From NCBI GenBank assembly GCA_963712115.1, contig CAVQGX010000006.1:21662-85661 (forward strand): 64,000 bases of DNA, read 5' to 3'. Of this stretch, positions 58,514-64,000 are shown piece after piece. The notes beneath the pieces are model-generated. The model saw only the letters and a list, made by a program, of their open reading frames with translations. It was not told the origin of the DNA and ran no database searches. The DNA comes from an uncultured delta proteobacterium (GTDB lineage: Bacteria > Desulfobacterota > Syntrophobacteria > BM002). A program made the position numbers and the translations under genes. Positions within the stretch are counted from its first letter, which is position 1. Each line of letters begins with the position of its first letter.

Positions 58514-60259
58514 TTTGGCCTTGCTCTTTGTTCTCTTTTTTTTCTTTTTATTGGCGCCAGCCAAAACGACCCGGTTCCGTCCCAACTCTTTTGCCTCATA
58601 CAAGGCCGCATCTGCATTTCGCATGACGGACTGAGCGTCCTCACCATTTTCCGGGTAGGAAGCGACACCCACGCTTATCGTTACTTTTATCGACTCACCC
58701 TTACCACCAAAACTTTGCTCGGCCACCTTATTCCGAATTCGCTCTGCCGCTTCCACTCCCTGCTCTGGACCAATTTCCGGCAGCATAATTATGAATTCTT
58801 CCCCGCCATAACGGGCAGCGTAATCGCTGCTGCGGATAGACTCTTTGAAGACTGATGCCAGCCTACTCAGTACTTCATCTCCCGCCAGATGACCATATGT
58901 GTCGTTGTATTTTTTGAAATGATCAATGTCGATAACTAGGAATGAAAATGAGTGACTGTGCCGCTGAGAGCGACTTACCTCTTTATCAAGAGCCTCCATT
59001 AGATGTTTGCGATTGTACAGCCCAGTAAGACCATCCGTTATGGAGATCTCGTGAAGCTCGACGTTTTTTTGCTGCAGAGTCTCGTTGATTGCGGCAAGTT
59101 CCTCTCGCCCTTGGCGCAGCCGCGCTACCATGTCATTGAAAACCTCGGTCAGATAGCCCACCTCACTGCGACTGCTAACAGGCACATCCACCTCCAGATC
59201 GCCTGCGGCTACCTTGCCAGCCCCACTGGTCAACCTATTGAGCGGCCGGACTAAGCTGAGGCTAAGGAGGTAGGCTGCGAGACCGATTAGAAACAGCAGT
59301 CCGACAACTAGAGCCAAAGTAAGGTTGCGCAGCCGGACAATCTGGGCATAGGCCTTTGCTCTTTCTTTCTCGGCAACAACCCCCCAACCCAGCTCTGACA
59401 TCCTTTTAAGAGCTCCCACCACCGTTTGGTTTTGATAACCCAGATAAACATTGGGCTCTCCCTCTTGAGAAAAGAGTTTTTTCGTCGTGTTATCTAAAAG
59501 CTTGGTTTCCAGGAACTTTGCTGAGCTGGACTGGGAACTGACGAGCAAAAAACCGTCTTGAGTAATCAAATAGAGCTCGCCTATTTCGCCCTGGGCATAT
59601 TTCATCAAGACTTTACTAATGGTGCGGAAGTTTAGCTTCGCCACCAAAACACCTAATAACCGCTCGTTGGCAGTTCTAATGGGCTGAGTAATCACAATAA
59701 CCGCCGCTTGCAAGGTCTCTTCCCAATATGCACTTCCAATAGTGTACTTGTTCGCCTGGGCTCTCTCGAGCCATTTCTCCGGTAGTGTGACGGTGGTTAC
59801 CTTGTCTGAACTGGTAGCCACCGGTGCTCCATGCAAATCCAAAAGCATAAGTTCCTGGTAATCGACGATTTTTTCCCTGACCGACCCCAGGTAATCTTTG
59901 AGTCTCCGGTGGGCTACTACGTTTTCTATGTGACCGCTTCCTTCGCGTAAGATTTTTTCAAGATTTTCTAAGACTACGTAAGAACTAGAAAAAACGCGAA
60001 GGTCGTACAGTCGATCTTTCAGCCACAAATCAAGCTCACGGGAGACTTGGCTGGTCACTACTCGCAGTTCCTGTTTGATCTTTTCATTCAGGAATTCACG
60101 ATTCTGGACATAAGAAAGCCAGCCCATGGTCACCGATGGGATGATGGTGGCAAGAAGAGCAAACACTATTATCTGGGTTTTGATGCTTTTCAAAGGAGCA
60201 ACCTGGAGGAACTGCTCTTTACTTAGCTTCTTGACAGACAAAAGAGACCTCTCTACCAC
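58511..60259 (-). CDS. Diguanylate cyclase with Cache and HAMP domains
   Basis: Two TMs, HAMP, DGLTGLYN, RSSD I-site, GGEEF. Start uncertain; ORF track opens at 60316. Confidence 0.93.
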   Translation of the reverse strand: MVERSLLSVKKLSKEQFLQVAPLKSIKTQIIVFALLATIIPSVTMGWLSYVQNREFLNEKIKQELRVVTSQVSRELDLWLKDRLYDLRVFSSSYVVLENLEKILREGSGHIENVVAHRRLKDYLGSVREKIVDYQELMLLDLHGAPVATSSDKVTTVTLPEKWLERAQANKYTIGSAYWEETLQAAVIVITQPIRTANERLLGVLVAKLNFRTISKVLMKYAQGEIGELYLITQDGFLLVSSQSSSAKFLETKLLDNTTKKLFSQEGEPNVYLGYQNQTVVGALKRMSELGWGVVAEKERAKAYAQIVRLRNLTLALVVGLLFLIGLAAYLLSLSLVRPLNRLTSGAGKVAAGDLEVDVPVSSRSEVGYLTEVFNDMVARLRQGREELAAINETLQQKNVELHEISITDGLTGLYNRKHLMEALDKEVSRSQRHSHSFSFLVIDIDHFKKYNDTYGHLAGDEVLSRLASVFKESIRSSDYAARYGGEEFIIMLPEIGPEQGVEAAERIRNKVAEQSFGGKGESIKVTISVGVASYPENGEDAQSVMRNADAALYEAKELGRNRVVLAGANKKKKKRTKSKAK

Positions 60260-60269
60260 CTTAACCCGG

Positions 60270-61484
60270 TTAGCCAGATAAGTAATCTTTGAGTTTTTTG
60301 GCATCTGACTCTGCAATGCCTGCGTAGTCGATGCCCAACATAGTCACCTTTGGATCCGTGCGGGCAGGTTTAACCCGACGAATTGTCCCCAGAGTCCTTA
60401 TCTCCCCCCATGGTTGTGGAAGTTCAATTTCCAACCGCACCTCACTTTGGAGTTGAAATGGTTCCGGTGATGCTCCCGACACCCCAACCACGATTCCAGA
60501 CAGGGTGATGTCTACGGAAACACCAGTCCAGGAACTCGCTTTTAGCGCTCCATTCGGAGTAGTCTGAGGGAGCACTACGAACTTCACTTGTATGCGGTCC
60601 TTCGGGCGAGAGTCACTCGTCCGTTCATCCACTCCCACTTCGGCACGTTTCTGTTCAGTGCTCCCCAATCTTTTTTGGTAATACTCAACCAACACTTTCT
60701 TGACCGTGGGGTGTTCTTTTACCACCCTTCTCATGCTGGTATAACTGAGCTCGACAATGACACTGGTATCCAGAGCCATCACTGAACCCGAGCGTGGCTT
60801 ACCGGTGAGGAATGACATTTCACCGAAGAACTGACTTACCCCCAGAACGGCAAGCTCCAGTTCCTCTCCGTGATGATCTCTGGTGAAGACTCTGACCTGA
60901 CCATCCAGAATTACATAGATGGATCGTCCTGGATCTCCTTCACGAATGATCATTTCCCCAGCACTAAATACGTGGAGCGTTGCTTCATCAGCGAGCTTCT
61001 TCCGTTCATCTGCATTCAAGGGGGAGAAAAATGGAATAGCTGCAACTGCCTCCTGAAGCCTTTCAGACCACGGCTTGCTCTTTTGTGCGTCTTTCTCTAC
61101 CCCTTTGTCCTCTGAAACTGCGAAATCCAGATCTTCAGAAGCAGTCGCAAGGATTTGCACTGTTTCAAAAAGTTGGTCGCTACCCGCCGAAAGCTCCTTC
61201 TCTATGAAGCGAAAGGTGATGCCTCCAATTTTGAAGGTGTCACCAGACTTGAGGACCACTCTTTTCGCCCGTTGACCACCGATTAAAATGCCATTGGCGC
61301 TTCCCAGATCCTCTACCACCCACTTACCATCCGTGAATACGACTCTGGCATGGTTTCGTGAGGTCGTGGGATCTGGCAGGGTAATGGTGTTGTCCGCAGA
61401 CCGGCCAATAGTGGTAGGGCCTAGCAATGGGTAGACCGTTTTTTGCATGGACCCTATTTCAAATGCCAAATAACTCTGCTTCAT
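60270..61484 (-). CDS. FHA - cNMP-binding - PilZ multidomain protein
   Basis: IGR / SRNHA / SANG (FHA), FGEMS...PRS (cNMP), RPKDR...DITLSG (PilZ). ATG 61484 preferred. Confidence 0.85.
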   Translation of the reverse strand: MKQSYLAFEIGSMQKTVYPLLGPTTIGRSADNTITLPDPTTSRNHARVVFTDGKWVVEDLGSANGILIGGQRAKRVVLKSGDTFKIGGITFRFIEKELSAGSDQLFETVQILATASEDLDFAVSEDKGVEKDAQKSKPWSERLQEAVAAIPFFSPLNADERKKLADEATLHVFSAGEMIIREGDPGRSIYVILDGQVRVFTRDHHGEELELAVLGVSQFFGEMSFLTGKPRSGSVMALDTSVIVELSYTSMRRVVKEHPTVKKVLVEYYQKRLGSTEQKRAEVGVDERTSDSRPKDRIQVKFVVLPQTTPNGALKASSWTGVSVDITLSGIVVGVSGASPEPFQLQSEVRLEIELPQPWGEIRTLGTIRRVKPARTDPKVTMLGIDYAGIAESDAKKLKDYLSG

Positions 61485-61692
61485 CAAACCATTCCTATTC
61501 GGCTTTAGCTGAATAAGACAGTAAGGCTCTTGTTCATGTCCAGGCAGGACCTTAGCAACAGAAGATACGGCTGAAACCGCAACGATCCCGACAACACAGG
61601 AAGGTAATCCTGCCTGGGTGTAGAATTTCGCGCAATATTCCCGCTCAAACCAGCTTGAAACCCTATTTGTCCACAGACTTATGAGGGGCTTA

Positions 61693-61708
61693 TGCACATT
61701 TCTTGCCA
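61693..61708 (-). promoter_or_regulatory. Possible sigma54 promoter
   Basis: Minus strand TGGCAAGAAATGTGCA. Confidence 0.45.
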
Positions 61709-61881
61709 ATTTTCAGAGGATTTTGGGACTGCGGGGACGTGCGGGCATGGAGTGATGGAATATTGGAGTGATGGCACGAAATTCGAAAAAGTCAAGAATT
61801 GCGATTTTTTGGAAGCTCACTTCGTTGAGACATGTTATATTAGCCAACTCTAACAGCTGGCGAACTGCAGAGGTATCTGTT

Positions 61882-62757
61882 GTGAAGAAGACAAAAAGAA
61901 ATGCTCCTTGCCCTTGTGGAAGCGGACTGAAACACAAAAAATGCTGCTTGGGTAAAGAGAAATTAGTGGATGAAAGGGTCAAGGAAATCTATGCCAAGAA
62001 TTTCAATATTAGGCTAAAAGAAAAAGCGGATGTGAAGGGTATTAAACGAGCAGGGCGGCTAGTTACAAGAACCCTTGACCTGGTGGAGACTAAAATTAGG
62101 CCGGGCATTACAACTGATGAGATTAACACTATTGTCCATGAGTTTACCATTAAAAGTGGTGCCATCCCTGCGCCGTTGAGCTATCGGGGATTTCCTAAAT
62201 CAGTTTGTGTTTCCGTGAATGAAGTGATCTGTCATGGCATCCCGGGAGAACGAATTTTGCGAGACGGGGACATAGTCAATGTGGATGTGACTACCATCCT
62301 CAATGGCTACTATGCCGATGCCAATAAGACTTATTTCGTGGGCACACCAGGCCCTGAGGCCAAAAAGATAGTCAGGGTGGCTCGTGAGAGTCTCAAACTG
62401 AGTTTGGCCGTGGTTAAGCCTGGGAATACCATAGGTCATATCGGCTGGGCTATACAACAATATGCGGAAGGTGAAGGTTGTTCAGTGGTGGAGGAATTTA
62501 CCGGTCACGGGATAGGGTTTGACTTCCACGAGCCTCCACAGGTGCCCCATTTCGGTAGGAAAGGTGAAGGGGTTACTCTAGTACCCGGCATGGTATTCAC
62601 CATTGAACCTATGATTAATTTGGGAAAGAAAGATTTGCGAATTTTGGATGATAACTGGACGGCAGTAACCCGGGACGGATCCCTTTCTGCCCAATTTGAG
62701 CAAACAGTCCTCGTTACCAACAATGGCTATAAAAGCCTAACTCCATTCGAGCTATAG
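61882..62757 (+). CDS. map: Type I methionine aminopeptidase with N-terminal SEC-C motif
   Basis: CPCGSGLKHKKCC, SVNEVICHGIP, GHGIG..FHE, FTIEPMIN, SAQFEQT. Confidence 0.95.
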   Translation: MKKTKRNAPCPCGSGLKHKKCCLGKEKLVDERVKEIYAKNFNIRLKEKADVKGIKRAGRLVTRTLDLVETKIRPGITTDEINTIVHEFTIKSGAIPAPLSYRGFPKSVCVSVNEVICHGIPGERILRDGDIVNVDVTTILNGYYADANKTYFVGTPGPEAKKIVRVARESLKLSLAVVKPGNTIGHIGWAIQQYAEGEGCSVVEEFTGHGIGFDFHEPPQVPHFGRKGEGVTLVPGMVFTIEPMINLGKKDLRILDDNWTAVTRDGSLSAQFEQTVLVTNNGYKSLTPFEL

Positions 62758-62847
62758 AGATTTAAGATTTAAGATCTTAGATCTCAGATTGACACACCTG
62801 GAAATTACAAAATTCTGCAATCTTCAATCTTAAATCTACAATCTAAG
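62757..62847. repeat. Inverted AGATTTA / TAAATCT heptamer arrays
   Basis: Same family as 54186-54285 and 43231-43260. Confidence 0.75.
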
Positions 62848-63354
62848 AACTCGGTGAAAAGTATTCCTATCACAAGAGTAGTTTTTCTATTGACAGGATC
62901 ACTACTTCCCCCTTAATCTACTCGTAGATAAACCACTATTTACCATCAACAACAAGGAGGAGTTTTGTCCAATGTTAGTGAAAATGGGCCTGCCTCGCTC
63001 CTAGCGGCATGGTGTCTTATCCCTAGGAGCAAAAAATCGTTGATGACATTGATGGGCTAAAATCTTTTTATAGCAGCCTCAAAGCATTCTCTGGTGCTGA
63101 TTTCTCCGAAAGATAACAATTTCAAATTAAACCACACTTAACGAATACAGTCTTGCTTAATCGCTCTCGACAGAAAAGCTTCTAAGAGTTTCCTTCTGGA
63201 TTTACCTCCAGCCGCGCCCCTTGCTCTTAGGGTGATCAACCTCCTTCTGGAAAAATTCTTCTCCTCATTCTTAATTCCTGGCGATTGTCTCCCATGGCTG
63301 CTTTAATTGGCAGAGGATGATCTGCTCTGGCCTGTAAATACTAGCTATTTATTT

Positions 63355-63406
63355 TACTCGGATGTTTCATGAATTGTTGTCGCGAGACCACGAAACATCC
63401 GGGTTA
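63355..63406. repeat. Palindromic element, family B (short form)
   Basis: CTCGGATGTTTCATG ... CACGAAACATCCGGG; retains GCGAGACC. Confidence 0.78.
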
Positions 63407-63417
63407 AGGAGGGGACC

Positions 63418-63921
63418 ATGTTTATTCAGCAAACGGATCTTTTCCGGGGAATGAGCAAGGAATTTGTAAAAAAAGTGTATGCTACCGGGGTGAAAGAATC
63501 CTTTGCGGAAGGTAAGATATTATTCCCTGAAGGAGCTAAGGCCAAGTATTTCTATATTTTGCTGAAAGGACGCATTAAGCTGGCAGTTGGCGAAATTAGA
63601 CAGCTTGTCCATGTGGTCGAACATCCAGGAGAGGTTTTTGGTTGGTCCAGTCTTGTCGGCCGAGAACTCTATTCCGCCACCGCCAAATGTATGGCAGATA
63701 CCAAGCTGCTAAAATTCGACGGGGGAGAGTTCCGCACAGTACTAGAAAAAGATCCTAGAAATGGACTAGAGCTTTTCAGGCGGCTGTCAGGGGCTTTGGG
63801 AGAGCGGCTTATCAGCAGCTATGGTGCCCTGGCTTTTGCCCAACCAAGCGAGGAGCATCGTACCTACGGCAGTTCTCTCACACTCAAACAAGCTGACAGC
63901 GAGGTAAGCGAGAGTCCCTAG
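63418..63921 (+). CDS. Cyclic-nucleotide-binding (Crp/Fnr N-terminal) domain protein without HTH
   Basis: LF.GM, FYILLKG, GEVFGWSSL, YSATA; AAGGAGG RBS. Confidence 0.85.
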   Translation: MFIQQTDLFRGMSKEFVKKVYATGVKESFAEGKILFPEGAKAKYFYILLKGRIKLAVGEIRQLVHVVEHPGEVFGWSSLVGRELYSATAKCMADTKLLKFDGGEFRTVLEKDPRNGLELFRRLSGALGERLISSYGALAFAQPSEEHRTYGSSLTLKQADSEVSESP

Positions 63922-64000
63922 TAGGAGGGGGTGACGCAAAGGGGTAAAAACATAAGAAAAGGGATTCAGCTCTTGTGGCTAAATCCCTCGAATATTAATT

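Noticed and set aside
61485-61709. N-terminal extension of the FHA protein
   Set aside because: No domain content, and it overlaps the probable promoter and leader.
61772-61787. Sigma54 promoter for map (TGGCACGAAATTCGAA)
   Set aside because: No GC at the -12 position.
63925-63960. c-di-GMP-I riboswitch (GACGCAAAG)
   Set aside because: Lacks the upstream GNRA-capped stem and receptor helix; also truncated by the window end.

Overview
A 64-kb chromosomal window from an anaerobic deltaproteobacterium (Desulfobacterota-like; inferred from gene content, not a database hit). Bases 1-19 kb form a signalling and transport hub. It holds two sigma54 activators (one NtrC-type response regulator, one PAS protein with a C-x8-C-x3-C motif), three sensor kinases, a sensor-less kinase with a degenerate ATP domain, four stand-alone receivers, two paralogous DASS transporters, and CBS, TSUP/DUF1634 and USP genes. 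The rest is mixed housekeeping and accessory genes: FmdE, PilZ, an atypical ALDH, acyl-ACP thioesterase, multi-PAS kinase, DAGK plus Clp1-like kinase, pilin, qor, DsrE/FadL/MarR, M48 peptidase, HEAT protein, gatB, mtnA, ilvE, ACAD, ftsH, pepA, ADP-forming acyl-CoA synthetase, diguanylate cyclase, FHA-cNMP-PilZ, map and a cNMP protein. I saw no rRNA, tRNA, CRISPR array, transposase or integrase. The most unusual signals are three. (i) Many spacers are built from nested modules (7-9-mer micro-arrays, hairpins, MITE-like elements); the same arms enclose different cargo and the same cargo sits in different hosts. (ii) A candidate sigma54-driven multistep phosphorelay whose members share an M-x-A-x-T-F-A-E-A peptide motif. 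(iii) A 69-bp palindrome present twice with compensatory substitutions. Three single-base homopolymer insertions in the first 12 kb suggest consensus errors. All calls were made by eye from the sequence and ORF track; no searches were run.
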